From: Octopus vulgaris
Taxonomy: Eukaryota
Length of the DNA: 64,000 nt
Direction of reading: 5' to 3'
NCBI GenBank assembly: GCA_951406725.2
Contig: OX597840.1
Location: forward strand, 17,856,001-17,920,000
The notes beneath the pieces were generated by a model, which had not been told where the DNA came from, did no database searches, and saw only the letters and a list, made by a program, of their open reading frames with translations. A program made the translations under genes and the position numbers. This document shows, piece by piece, positions 38,788 to 51,984 of this stretch; the first letter of the stretch is position 1; each line of letters opens with the position of its first letter.

Positions 38788-38832
<45 letters not shown>

Positions 38833-38902
38833 CACATACACGCACACATGCTCACACACATGCACACACAGCATGCACGTGCATATATGTATATATATAT
38901 AT

Positions 38903-39060
38903 ATGACAAGCTTTTTGCAATTTCCATCTACCAAAATCTACTCACAGTGCTTTTGGTCTGGTCAGCCTAAGTCTATAGTAGAAGACACTTGCTCAAAGTG
39001 CCAAACTGTAAGACTGAACCCAGAACCATGTGTTTGGGAAGCAAATTTCCTACACACACT
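38903..39060 (-). mobile_element. SINE family A 5' half (diverged)
   Basis: ctatagtagaagacacttg..actgaacccagaaccatg. Confidence 0.7.
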
Positions 39061-39095
39061 CATATCTGTGCTTATATATATTGTGTATGTGTGTG

Positions 39096-39130
<35 letters not shown>

Positions 39131-39131
<1 letters not shown>

Positions 39132-39509
39132 GAGGCGCACAATGGTCCAGTGGTTAGGGCTGCAGACTCTCGGTCATAGGATTGTGGTTTCAATTCCCAA
39201 ATCGGGTGTTGTGAGTGTTTATTAAATAAAAACACCTAAAGCTCCACGAGGCTCCAGCAGGGGGTAGTGGTGAACTCTGCTGTATTCTTTCACCACAATT
39301 CCTTTCACTCTTTCTTCCTGTTTCTGTCGTACCTGTATTTCAAAGAGCCAGCTTTGTCACACTCTGTGTTACGCTGAATCTCCTTGAGAATTATGTTTAG
39401 GTTACATGTGTCTGTGGAGTGCTCAGCCACTTGCATGTTAATTTCACAAGCAGGCTGTTCCGTTGATCGGATCAACTGGAACCCTTATTGTTGTAACTGA
39501 TGGAGTGCT
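39131..39509 (+). mobile_element. SINE family C, full length
   Basis: Homologous to 4185-4540. Confidence 0.87.
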
Positions 39510-40155
39510 ATAATATATATATATATTTATACACACACATATAAGAGGGATGGCCACTACGTGGACATCCATATGCTAGAAGTAGATCCACTATGGTCTT
39601 AACACTAAGAAAAGGAATGTTCTCAAGAAAATCTTAGCAAATGCCAGAATGTAAGCAAGCAAGACAAATGAAAAGAAACAAAATATAGATTAATCACAAA
39701 ATAGTTTCATTATTACCACTTACATAATTACTTGCATAATTGTCCGTAGCTTGTCAGTGTGATCGTCTTTGCATATAATATGCAGACTATACACAGAACG
39801 TCCGCATGAGATTGAACATGTATACAGTTCTACCAATTACACTTGGGGTTATCTTTTAAAAGTCTTCGTTTTGGCGCACTAAAATACCGGAAATAATTCT
39901 GCAGAAAATAAATTTCTGCAGCGAATTTTGCCAGTTAGAGAACATATTCCTGACTGACTTCATATCTTTCCAGCTTTATCATTTAAGGTCTAAGGACGAT
40001 AGCTCTTTTACCTTTTTACTTTTTATATTTCACATTCTAGTTTTTGTGTTTTCGTTTTCCATTTTTTACTTTCTGCATTTTCTTATTGCTGCCTTCTCAA
40101 TTTTATTGTGTTTCTTCTCTCATTCAATTATTTTGTTCGTTATGATATGTGCTTT

Positions 40156-40208
40156 GTGCCTGAAGAATATGTTTGAGTTCTCTCAACATATGAAACTACT
40201 AGTAGTGT
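40156..40208 (+). ncRNA. Hammerhead ribozyme (near intact)
   Basis: GTGC-CTGAAGA-ATATGTTTGAG-ttct-CTCAACATAT-GAAAC-TACTA-GTA-GTGT; stem I relies on G-U pairs. Confidence 0.65.
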
Positions 40209-40411
40209 TTTAATGCATGTATTGTGATCTTTAAATAAATAATATTTATCTCTCACCAGATGGAGTAGTTTTTTTGTTGAATTTTCTATCATGGAACACA
40301 CACACACACACACTGACAGAACAAGTACCAAACTATATATATATGACCTGTGTGTGTGTGTGTGTGTGTGTATTAATGTATATATATATATATAAAAGTA
40401 TATATGTATAC

Positions 40412-40502
<91 letters not shown>

Positions 40503-41042
40503 CACCACACACACACACACACCAATAGAACAAATGCCAAACTTTAAAAATAGATAAGCACTGGGGTTGATTCGTCCAACTAATTCCTTCAAGGCGATGC
40601 CCCAGCATGGCCACAGTCCTGACTGAAACAAACAAAATAAACAAGACTGCCTACAATTATATCTCAACTCAAGCAGATCTTCCAATAAAATCAGTTCACT
40701 CCCTCCTACTTCTCTAAGTCTCTTACCTCTTCCTCCTACTTCATCAATTACTGCCTCCTTTCTCTTACATCTTCCTCCTACTTTGTCTTCAATTACCTCC
40801 TCCTTTCTCTTACTTCTTCCTCCTACTTCTTCTATGTCACTGACCTCCTCCTTTCTCCTACCTCTTCCTTCTGCTCATCTTTCCCCATTGTTTTATTTCT
40901 CCTCCAATTAACTCCCACACAATTCTGGGCTTTTATTTCATTCATCCCAGTGGTTATCTCATTTTCATTTTTGTTCAATAATTTTTTCTCCTTCCCTTCT
41001 GCATTTTTCATCAACCACACACCATACTCTTCCACTTACCTT

Positions 41043-41078
<36 letters not shown>

Positions 41079-41186
41079 TTTCTTCTCACTTTGTTCTCTT
41101 TCCCTCTAATTCTCTACTCTGATTTCTTAATTCCTTTCAGCTTTCCTCTTACTATTTTCCCCATATCTATCTACCAATCTACCTAC

Positions 41187-41240
<54 letters not shown>

Positions 41241-41300
41241 GTCTCACTCTGTTACTGTCTATTTGTTTGCCTTACTTACCCTCTTTCCCTCTGTTTGTAT

Positions 41301-41347
<47 letters not shown>

Positions 41348-41348
<1 letters not shown>

Positions 41349-41480
41349 GACAGGCTTCTTTCAGTTTCTGTGTACCAAATCCACTCACAAAGCTTTGGCT
41401 GACTCAAGGTGCCATATAGTGAGACTGAACCCAGAACCATATGGTTGGGAAGCAAGTTTCTTACCACACACCCACACCCG
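41348..41480 (-). mobile_element. SINE family A 5' half
   Basis: Reverse complement of the head. Confidence 0.78.
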
Positions 41481-41482
41481 CA

Positions 41483-41522
<40 letters not shown>

Positions 41523-41659
41523 GATAGATATAAAATAAAATACAAAATGGGACAAGAACACAAAACATCCGGACAATTAGGTGATACAGAAAAGGACAAC
41601 AAGACATCCAGAAAGATGATACATGTTTTGTTGCCCCTTTTTTTACCCCCCCCTTTCCG

Positions 41660-41716
<57 letters not shown>

Positions 41717-41750
41717 ATACATATACATATATATATACACATATATATAT

Positions 41751-41825
<75 letters not shown>

Positions 41826-41937
41826 TACATATATATATATATACATATGCACACTTATATATATAATACATATATGTATATACATATGTGGATGTGCGTA
41901 TATATATGTGTGTGTGTTTGTGTATATATATATGCAT

Positions 41938-41986
<49 letters not shown>

Positions 41987-42228
41987 CCCTTTCTTTATTC
42001 CACAATTCCATGTGTGAACATCATTGCCCCCTTGTCTCCTCTCATTGTTCCTCTAACAGATCCCTCTCTTTACTCTCACTTGTCTTTCTTTTCTCTCTTT
42101 CTCTTTCTCTCTCCCCTCCTCCTCTCCCTCTATTCCCTATCTCTAACTATATCTTACTGCTCCTTTCATCTTTTTCTTTTTAGTTGCCTATTTTTTCTGT
42201 ACCCACCTCTTCCCCACCCCTCTTACCC

Positions 42229-42339
<111 letters not shown>

Positions 42340-42776
42340 GTCTGTGTCTGTATCTACCTATCTATCGAATATTGAATAAGCAGACGACAATGATGAAAGG
42401 AGAGCCATTGGCAGGAATGGTAGGATATGCTACGATGATGAGAGGACCAGGGAAATATTTGTCTTCATATATAAATATTTATACAGATTTATATCAATTT
42501 ATATTTCTTTCCGGCTGTGAAATTAGGTCACATGGGTAGACCACATGGCTTTTCAGCAGCAAGAAATATAAATAGTATCAACTGGTTTCATCTCTTGAAC
42601 ACTCATCAGATAATTCCTTCTCCATTCCAAGCTGTTGAATAACAGGAGATTAAGGTTACTAATTAGAATATTAACAATTATGTGGAGAGCCTCAAACTCA
42701 TTTACATAATGGTGCCATATTTTGGTACCATTAATTCTGCTAAAATTCACTACCTTTGTTTCAATAAATTTTGAAA

Positions 42777-43172
42777 TGGCTGTGTGGTAAGTAGCTTGCT
42801 TACCTACCACATGGTTCCAGGTTCAGTCCCATTGCATGGCACCTTCGGCAAATGCTTTCTACTATAGCCTCGGGCCGACCAATGCCTTGTGAGTGGATTT
42901 GGTAGACAGAAACTGAAAGAAACCCGTTGTATATATGTATATATGTGTGTGTATATGTTTGTGTGTATGTTTATGTGTCTGTGTTTGTCCCCCACGCCAT
43001 CGATTGAAAACCGATGTTGGTGTGTTTGCGTCCCCGTAACTTAGTGGTTCGGCAAAAAGTACTGATAGAACAAGTTCTAAGCTTACAAAGAATAAGTCCT
43101 GAGGTCAATTATTTCGACTAGAGGCGGTACTTCGGCATGGCCACAGTCAAAGGACCAAAACAGGTGAAAGAG
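42777..43172 (+). mobile_element. SINE family A
   Basis: Head and tail. Confidence 0.88.
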
Positions 43173-43255
43173 TCAAATAGTAAAACTAATTTCTAGACAT
43201 CCAATGGCTGGGGGTGGGGTGAAGCACCAGAATAAAAAAAAAGTAATCAAAGTAT

Positions 43256-43401
43256 GCACAGGAGTGGCTGTGTGGTAAGTAGCTTGCTAACCAACCACAT
43301 GGTTCCGGGTTCAGTCCCACTGCATGGCACCTTGGGCAAGTGGCTTCTACTATAGCCTCGGGCCGACCAAAGCCTTGTGAGTAGAAACTGAAAGAAGCCT
43401 G

Positions 43402-43455
<54 letters not shown>

Positions 43456-43660
43456 ATGTGTATGTATGTATGTTTGTGTCTGTGTTTGTCCCTCTAGCAT
43501 TGCTTGACAACCGATGCTGGTGTGTTTATGTCCCCGTCACTTAGCAGTTCGGCAAGTGAGACCGATAGAATAAGTACTAGGCTTACAAAGAATAAGTACC
43601 GGTTGCTCGACTAAAGGCGGTGCTCCAGCATGGCTGCAGTCAAAGAGTAAAAGAGTAAAG
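43256..43660 (+). mobile_element. SINE family A
   Basis: Head and tail. Confidence 0.9.
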
Positions 43661-43829
43661 GGATCCACAAATGAGAACCATTTAGCTGGATAATGATGCA
43701 GCTATTTTACAAAATTCTTCAAAAATTTCAATAATACGGTGACATTAATTAGAAATATATCGATACAACGTTTATTATTAACAAATATATTGAACAATTG
43801 AAGCAGAATCCAGCTTATTAAAGCACCAA

Positions 43830-44105
43830 CATAATTGTAAAGATGATTTGCTCTGATATTCATCTACGATGGTCTGTGCGTGTGGAAACAAGTAACTACG
43901 GAACAATATTGAGGACATAATCTATTGTACAACAACATACAATATTCATAGGAAAGTCGAGTGATAAACTACGGAAGGAAATCGATGGCAATTTATTTTA
44001 TTCACAACATATTGTATTATTCATGAGACAATTAACTGATAAACTATGGAAGACAATCGAAAACATAATCTGTAATACATTCAACATTTTTGTTTTATAT
44101 TCATC
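43830..44105 (+). pseudogene. Possible old PLE GIY-YIG remnant
   Basis: IFIGKSSDKLRK...FNIFVLY weakly resembles YIG.T...LR.R...F.IFPFY. Confidence 0.3.
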
Positions 44106-44339
44106 AAGTAAATTGGCTGAAATACATATTAAATTCAATGTATGTATGTATGTATGTATGTATGTATGTGTGTATGTGTGTATGTGCATATGTATGTATG
44201 TATGTGTGTGTGTATGTGTGTATGTGTGTATGTATGTATGTATGTATGTATGTATGGTATGCATGCATGCATACATATATACAAGCACACATACACACAC
44301 ACATACATATATACATACATACATACACACATACACACA

Positions 44340-44520
44340 GGCTAGCAGAATCATTAGCACACCAAGCAAAATGTTCTGAGTTCAAACTCCACCTCGGTTA
44401 ACTTTGCCTTTTACCCTTTCAGGGTCAATAAAATAAGTACCAGCTCAGCATTCAGGGTCAATGTAATCGACTATCTCCCTCCCCCAAATTTCAGGCCTTG
44501 TGCCAAAGTTTGAAGCTAAT
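44340..44520 (+). mobile_element. SINE family B (internally deleted head)
   Basis: gctagcagaatcattagcac..gttctgagttcaaactcc..actttgccttt. Confidence 0.75.
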
Positions 44521-44556
44521 ATGCATAAATATATATATATGTATGTATATATATAA

Positions 44557-44895
44557 CTGAGACCCTCTTCGGTCACGACACTGACCTTGGGATTGCACGT
44601 AGAAAGTTACCCTCCCAGGTACAAGTCCGGACAAGGTTGTTTATGGAAGACCAGGAGTTGCCCATGCATACCAGCCTCCCCTCTCCACGCCACCACTGTT
44701 ATCCAAGGGAAAGGCAAAGGGGCCGATACAGCTTGGCACCTGTGATGTCGCAACTCATTTCTACAGATGAGTGAACTGGAGCAACGTGAAATAAAGTGTT
44801 TTGCTCAAGAACACAACGCATCGTCCGGTCCAGGAATCGAAACCACAATCTTGCGATCATGATGGTGACACGCTAACCACTAAGCCACGTGCCTC

Positions 44896-44897
<2 letters not shown>
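44557..44897 (-). mobile_element. SINE with family C-like tRNA head
   Basis: Minus ggaggcacgtggcttagtggttagcgtg..ggtttcgattcctggaccgg (A/B boxes). Confidence 0.78.
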
Positions 44898-44929
<32 letters not shown>

Positions 44930-45024
44930 CAAGCACACATACACACACACACATACATATATACAAGCACACATACACCACACATACATATATACAAGCA
45001 CAGTTACACACACACATACACACA

Positions 45025-45113
45025 GGCTAGCAGAATCATTAGCATACCAAGCAAAATGTTCTGAGTTCAAACTCCACCTAGATTGACTTTGCCTTTCACC
45101 CTTTCGGGGTCAA
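45025..45113 (+). mobile_element. SINE family B head, local duplicate of the 44340 copy
   Basis: Same internal deletion and same upstream flank. Confidence 0.72.
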
Positions 45114-45121
45114 CATATATA

Positions 45122-45178
<57 letters not shown>

Positions 45179-45294
45179 TTAATTTAAAAGCTGCAGAAAT
45201 ATATTCCTGCTGCTTTTAAATAAAGCATGTTACTCTGCCTCTGGTATTTGAGTACTCTTTTTTCCACCTTTTTTCACATTTATGTGCTTATTCC

Positions 45295-45334
<40 letters not shown>

Positions 45335-45336
<2 letters not shown>

Positions 45337-45622
45337 CAACTGTCTTCTACTATAGCCTTGGGCCGAACAAAGCCTTGTGAGTGGATTTGGTAGACAGAAA
45401 CTGAAAGAAGCCCATCGTATATGTGTGTGTGTGTCTGTGTTTGTCCCCCAATATCGCTTGACAACCGATGCTGGAGTGTTTACGTACCTGTAACTTGGCA
45501 GTTCAGCAAAAGAGACCAATAGAATAAGTACTAGGCTTACAAAGAATAAGTACTGGGGTCGATTTGCTCGACTGAAGGCAGTACTCCAGCATGGCCACAG
45601 TTAAATGACTGAAACAAGTAAA
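45335..45622 (+). mobile_element. SINE family A, 5'-truncated
   Basis: Consensus body and tail. Confidence 0.86.
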
Positions 45623-45858
45623 ATTTCACACATCTCGCCTCTTGCCTCCGAATGTTGGAAATCTCTGCCATTGCAACAATTTCAATCTTTAAAGTTTCAT
45701 AACTTTTTATTTAAGAAATTTCTTGAAAAGGGGGCAGGGCTGGGAAAGCAATGGAATTTCCATGATTAGCAAGCAAAACTACGTGTAGAGAAGATTGTTT
45801 TTAAAGAATCGAATTCTGTAATTCAAAACAGGAGATCCAAAGCTATGCAAGTGAGCAC

Positions 45859-45903
<45 letters not shown>

Positions 45904-46412
45904 CTCTTAAATGGCTAAACTTACTGTTGTCTCATGTAATTAATTGCACAGTGCAGTCTCAGGTTCAAGTCACTCACAAAACGAATACAATTCCTGTGTA
46001 ATATTATATCTAACCTGGCTCCCCCATACCACACTTCCCCTCTCTCCACTCTCCCCTCTCCCTCTCTCTCCTTCTCTCTCTCTCTCTATGTACACACACA
46101 CACATACACATACAGCATAACATACTCCGTACTGTTGTAACTCTATCAAGCTATACAGAAACTCTTATGAAGCCTTATGAATAATAATATTTGTTTGTTT
46201 TACTTATATCAATGCATTTGTTTTTGCAATTTTTCTTGTAAATGTGTTTTTCTTTTCTTGTTTTTCCTGCCTAAGTTATTCTTGGTTTTGTTTTGCTACC
46301 AGTTGTAGGGGTTGTTATTTCTTGTTTCATAATTATTATCATCATCATCATCATTATTATTTTCAATTTTTAATGTTCGTCTGCTTCGTTGCTCTTGTAG
46401 TTTGTTTTGCCT

Positions 46413-46445
<33 letters not shown>

Positions 46446-46516
46446 AACATACACAAGCACACACTCACATGCTTGTTTTGTTGTTGCTAACATTTTCATT
46501 GCATAGTGAGTTCCCT

Positions 46517-46790
46517 CATCACCATCATCATCATCATCATCATCATTTAACATCTGTTGTCCATGCTGGCATGGGTTGGACAATTTGACCAGGGCTGGCA
46601 AGCTGGAAGGCTGCACCAAACTCCGGTCTGATTTGGCATGACTTCTATGGCTGGATGCCCTTCCTAACTTTTATGTGCCACTGGCACAGGTGCCAATTTG
46701 CATTACACTGGTATCTGCCACGCCTGCAGTTTTGCTTGGCTTGATAGGTCTTCTTCTCAAGCACAACATAATACCAAAGGTCTTGGTCGT
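46517..46790 (-). mobile_element. RTE-type LINE 3' end
   Basis: (CAT)n tail and shared 3' UTR. Confidence 0.78.
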
Positions 46791-46818
46791 TGCCTTTTCA
46801 TATGTATATATACATATA

Positions 46819-47212
46819 TGCTTACCAATCACATGGTCATGGGTTCAGTTCCCCTGTGTGGCACCTTGGGCAAGTGTCTTCCACTATAGCCTCGGGCCGA
46901 CCAAAGCTTTGAGAGTGGATTTGGTAGAGGGAAACTAGAAGAAGCCCGTCATATATGTATATTTATATGTATGTATGTGTCTGTGTGTGTATGTTTGTGT
47001 GTCTGTGTTTGTTCCCCCAACATCACTCGACAACCGATGCTGGTGTGTTTACGTCCCCCTTACTTTGCAGTTCAGCAAAACAGTTTGATAGAATAAGTAC
47101 TAGGCTTAGAAACAATAAGCTCTGGGGTCGATTTGCTCAACTAAAGGCAGTGCTCCAGCATGGCCGCAGTCAAGTGACTGAAACAAGTAAAAGAAAAGAG
47201 CAAAAGAAAAGA
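46819..47212 (+). mobile_element. SINE family A
   Basis: Consensus. Confidence 0.88.
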
Positions 47213-47232
47213 ATATATATATATACACATAC

Positions 47233-47338
<106 letters not shown>

Positions 47339-47347
47339 ATATGTATG

Positions 47348-47406
<59 letters not shown>

Positions 47407-47477
47407 TATATATACATATGTACATATGTGTATATTATTTTATTCCTTTACTTGTTTCAGTCTGTGGCCATGCTGGA

Positions 47478-47559
<82 letters not shown>

Positions 47560-47651
47560 CATAATTATTAGGGAATATTACTTCCAAGTACACAGGAAAA
47601 AGACATTCATATTAGATGCACTAAGATGAACATCTCTCAATGTTTAATTCG

Positions 47652-47816
47652 TATATATAAAAGTAATTTTAGAGACAGAATCACCTTCAACTCAATCAAT
47701 ATAGTTAGTTTAAGATTCAATTTTTAACATTTTATGGAGTGGTCGGGTATAAAATCTTTCAGTGTTGATTGATTGAGTTGAAGGTGGTTTTGTCTTTAAA
47801 ATTACTTTTATATATA
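47652..47816. repeat. 49-bp inverted repeat (47652-47700 / 47768-47816) in a PLE-type element
   Basis: aaaagtaattttagagacagaatcaccttcaactcaatcaat vs attgattgagttgaaggtggttttgtctttaaaattactttt; upstream attagggaata resembles the 12690 and 53050 termini. Confidence 0.7.
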
Positions 47817-47818
47817 TA

Positions 47819-48673
47819 CTAGCAGTATAACCCAGCCTTGCCTGGGATTAAGTTATGATTATTAAGGTAATCAAGTTCTTTATTTCAAACCAAACTAAGT
47901 AATGTCGACTCTCAACAAAACAGTTTTTTACTCTGCGTAAAATAAAAACAAAACTCTTTCGCACCCAAAGTAATGTGTGTGAGAGAGAGGGGGGGAGAAA
48001 GATGAACGATTTAAGATAAATAAATGATTTAAAATAAGTATATTGTAATTGTTGTGTGAGAAAGTATATATACTATGGTTATAAAATATAGTGTCTTTCA
48101 AAATTATCCTAAATTTGAAGACTATATCTCGTATTTAAGAAAAAACAAAACATTTTACATTTTATTTTTTATGAACGTCGTCACTTACTCTCTCTCTCTC
48201 CCTCTCTCTATCTCTCACTTTGTCTTTCCCTTTTTTGTTTAGATGCCGTGAAACTCTCTTCCACTTTTCTTTATCTTGTTTTTTTTGTTAGACACCGTCA
48301 AAAAAAGCTATGGCTGATTTTTTTATGAACGTCATCACTTACTCTCTCTTTCTCTCTCTTCCTCTCTCACTTTGTCTTTCCCGTGAAACTCTCTGCCCCT
48401 CTTCCACTTTTCTTTATCTTGTTTTTTTTTGTTAGATGCTATCAAAAAGCTATGGCTGATATCTTTTATGGCTAAAAGCTATGGCTGAAAATAGAATTTT
48501 ACCACTATCCGCGGGTGCCTTGGGGAAAAAATAAGATGACAAAATCCAGATAGGATGTTGACGAGTGTCCTCCTAAAATTTGAGCGACATGCGTGCTAAT
48601 TTGTGGATGAGCATAAATTACAATCACGTACACACACACACACGCACACACATTATGCCTTTTATAGATATGA
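47819..48673 (-). mobile_element. Non-autonomous Helitron
   Basis: Minus: 5' A|TC.., subterminal hairpin CCCAG-gcaagg-CTGGG, 3' CTAG|T; internal ~150-bp tandem duplication. Confidence 0.75.
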
Positions 48674-49142
48674 TATATATACATATATATATATGTATAT
48701 GTACATGTAAATGTGTGTGTATACACAGACACACACACACACACATATGCATGTATTAGTGTGCATGATATCTGTTTCATTTTTAAGTATGCATTTCCTT
48801 TATGTTAGCCAATTTGTCAGGTATCCAAATTATTATTATTATCATCATCATCATCATGTTTTCAACAGTTTTCATCTGAATTTCCACTGTAATATCATGT
48901 TTGCCACCTTCATCTTTTCCAGATTGTTCCAGCCATATTTTCATGGCTATAGAACAGTGTCTGTATATAAAATAACATTAATTTAGCTCAAATGTGGTGG
49001 TTTACTTTATTTGTTTGTGTTATACAATTTTATCTCCAATTACTATACTTTTACTTGTGGCTGAGGTTTAATTCCTTGATTTCAGTAACAGAATCTACTT
49101 TCATGCCCTCTGTTTTAAACCACGTGACCTCTCCATAAGCCA

Positions 49143-49385
49143 CATCATCATCATCATCATCATTTAATGTCCATTTTACATGCTGGCATGGGGGTCAAAT
49201 AACTTGACTAGAACTTGTAAGGCCAGGGGCCACTGGATGCGCTTCCTAATGCCAACCACTCCACAGAGTGTAGCAGGTGCTTTTTAAGTTGTCCCAGCAC
49301 CAGTGCTTTTTACTTGGCATCTCAATTCCGTTGTGGTGGGTGGGTCTTCTAAAGTACAGCAATGCCCTACATAACTTGGTCCTCT
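49143..49385 (-). mobile_element. RTE-type LINE 3' end (diverged)
   Basis: (CAT)n tail, ctggatgc..cttcctaatgccaaccact. Confidence 0.7.
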
Positions 49386-50571
49386 ACCTTTCACACATTT
49401 TAGTTAATCTCATATTACTATCTTTCCATGCTTTAGCTGAATTTATGGACAATTTTCTCTTAGTAATTTTTTTTCTATCTTGGGTGAGTAACAATGCCAA
49501 TAAACACACACACACTGGTTGCATTTCACTTCTTTTATTATTATTAATCAATTGAAAAGTCTGCAAGTTGGCAGAAATCTTAGCATATTGGATGTCCAAG
49601 AATTAACTACCCATTTCAATGAAATCAGGCAAATTTAAGAAAAACTGACAGGAGTGTCTGTGTGGTAAGTAGCTTGCTTACCAGTCACGTTGTTCTGGGT
49701 TGATATTTATATATGTGTATGTGAGTATTTGCACACACACACACATACACACACAGATAGATATATATAAAAACCATTTGCATCGAAAGCATGTATATAT
49801 ATATATACTGTATGTGTGTGTGTGTGTATGTATATATATATATAAAGATAAATTAAATATAGAGATATTCTATTGACAATCAAATAATTAATTATATTAC
49901 AATATTACATTAACTACTATGAATATAATATATAACATAATATAATATTATATAAATAATTATAAAAACTGTAAAAAGGCCAAGAAATTATTTATGTGGT
50001 ATCCAACTGACGTATAAGTGAATTGTATGTTTAACACACCCCTTTAAAGGATTTCTTTTCCTCAGTTTCTTACTTCATATATATATATATATATACAGAG
50101 TTTATAAAAAATTGTGATATATGAAAATAGGGGACCATAGGTGCCCTCACTGAAATCTTTAAATGAAATACACAGCCACAACAAAAATATAACTGTCAGC
50201 CCCTGGAGAGCAATAACAAAGATCCTGAGGAGCAGAAGAAATGCTGTAAAGCGATGTCATGGAGTAAAGAGCAGCTCTAAAGTTAATAGAGGAAACAGCA
50301 GAAAGGGGAAAAGTAACTTCTGCACAGCTTGGGTTGATTATTGTAGATTATTTGTTAATATGTTACAGCTTTTTAGATACTAGAGACATCCCCAAATGAA
50401 TGAAATGGTTTCAAAGCTACAAAGTATATCAACCATGCTATGTTATAATGGAAAACAAAGCTATAGGACTACAAGACACAGGGGAGACAGTTAAATCAGG
50501 TCATCTTCTACCTAAGAACTTGAACTGAAAGTTGGTTTTGAAGTTTGTCACTATGTCAGTAATCACAGAGA

Positions 50572-50762
50572 GGGAGCTAAGTTGGTTACATGTCAATTAC
50601 ATCAACCCCAGCGCTCAACTGGTTCTTATTTCATTGAACCCTCAAAAGGACAAAAGGCAAAGTCGACCTCAGCAAAATTTGAGCGCAGAACTTAAAGACA
50701 GGGATGAAATGCTTAGCAGCATTTTGCTTGGTGTCTTAACGAGTCTTCCAGATTGCCCCTTT
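50572..50762 (-). mobile_element. SINE family B (diverged)
   Basis: aaaggcaaagtcgacctc..aatttga..gaaatgcttagcagcatttt. Confidence 0.72.
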
Positions 50763-51545
50763 AACCTTGCATTGAATATTGCTGTAATCTTTGGACTGGT
50801 GATTTCTCTGAATGTCTTAACTTATTTGATCAAATTTAGAATCAAGTTGTTAACATGATGGACCCTCTTCTTTTTTGGAGGTTGAAGTCATTGTGTCCTC
50901 CATTGCCATAATGAACATTTTCATTACCCTCCATCAAGATCTTTTAACATGTCATCTTCTTCTCTTCCCAGCTGCCTCATCTCTCTGTTGAGCTTTTCGT
51001 TAGTCACATAGTCTTTAATTTTAAGAGCTGCTTTCCTTGAACTGTTTCTCTCTGAAATTCACTAACCCCAACATGTTTTCCTCAGATTCTATGATCTGTC
51101 TGTCAATCAATATCTTTTAAATTTGTTGGTCCCTTCTTTTCCTTCTTCTTCGTCCCTTATGCTCCAAAAGCCCCAGCATTGTTCGGAAGAAAATCATAAA
51201 AAGAAGAAAAGTATGAAACACAAGATCTTCCATGGAGGTTCATTATTTTCTTTTTTCTTTTGTTTAATTTTGACACTTGTTAACAAGCTTACAGATAATC
51301 CAGGCAAAGTGTAATAAATCTCTTTCAAAATGAATGACATTAAAAACCATTTACAAAGACTTATACCAAAATGGGAAACCTACTAAAAATTGTTGAAAAA
51401 TGCAACCAAAACATAAAATCGTAATGAGATTTAGCACAATGTGTGAAAGCTTCACTAGGAAGAGATTAAATTACTTAAAATTGAATAAACCACTTTTTTT
51501 TTTTGATGACAAATTAAAAGGCATTTATTAAAGAAAATGGATGAC

Positions 51546-51773
51546 TTAATCCTTTAGCATTTTAACTGGCCATATCCAGCCCAAATATTCTACTTGTTTT
51601 ACATTCAAACTGGCCATATCAAGCCTCTCACATTTAACCAATGCTGACATTCTAAAGATAAACAATCACATCATCTAAAGCTCAAAGCTATAGGATAACA
51701 CATGAATTACTCAAAACAACTTGAATAAAAAAGCATTAGGTTTGACAGACTAATCTGAATGCTAAAGGGTTAA
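51546..51773. mobile_element. piggyBac-type MITE
   Basis: TTAA on both sides; TIR (t)cctttagcatt / aatgctaaaggg. Confidence 0.8.
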
Positions 51774-51984
51774 AGAATAATGAGTGATTGAGAAACAAAC
51801 TGTAATGTAGGAGACAGCCAGATTGACCTGAAGCAGGCTTGGAAAAGAGATGTCATAGTTGAGGAGGCAAATGGGGATGAAATGGCTTTGATAAACCTAG
51901 CTGATTGATTGATTGATTGAAGGATTAATCAAATAATCAATTAGTGAACTCATTAAATGGTTAACTAATAACTAAAAATTCTTT

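Larger units (their letters stand above)
37691..38794. mobile_element. Retrozyme/PLE-type element: 485-bp monomer (37691-38175), 168-bp tandem partial copy (38176-38343), inverted circularly permuted copy (38344-38794)
   Basis: Copies essentially identical (one homopolymer indel seen); (TA)n flanks; HHR present. Confidence 0.88.
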
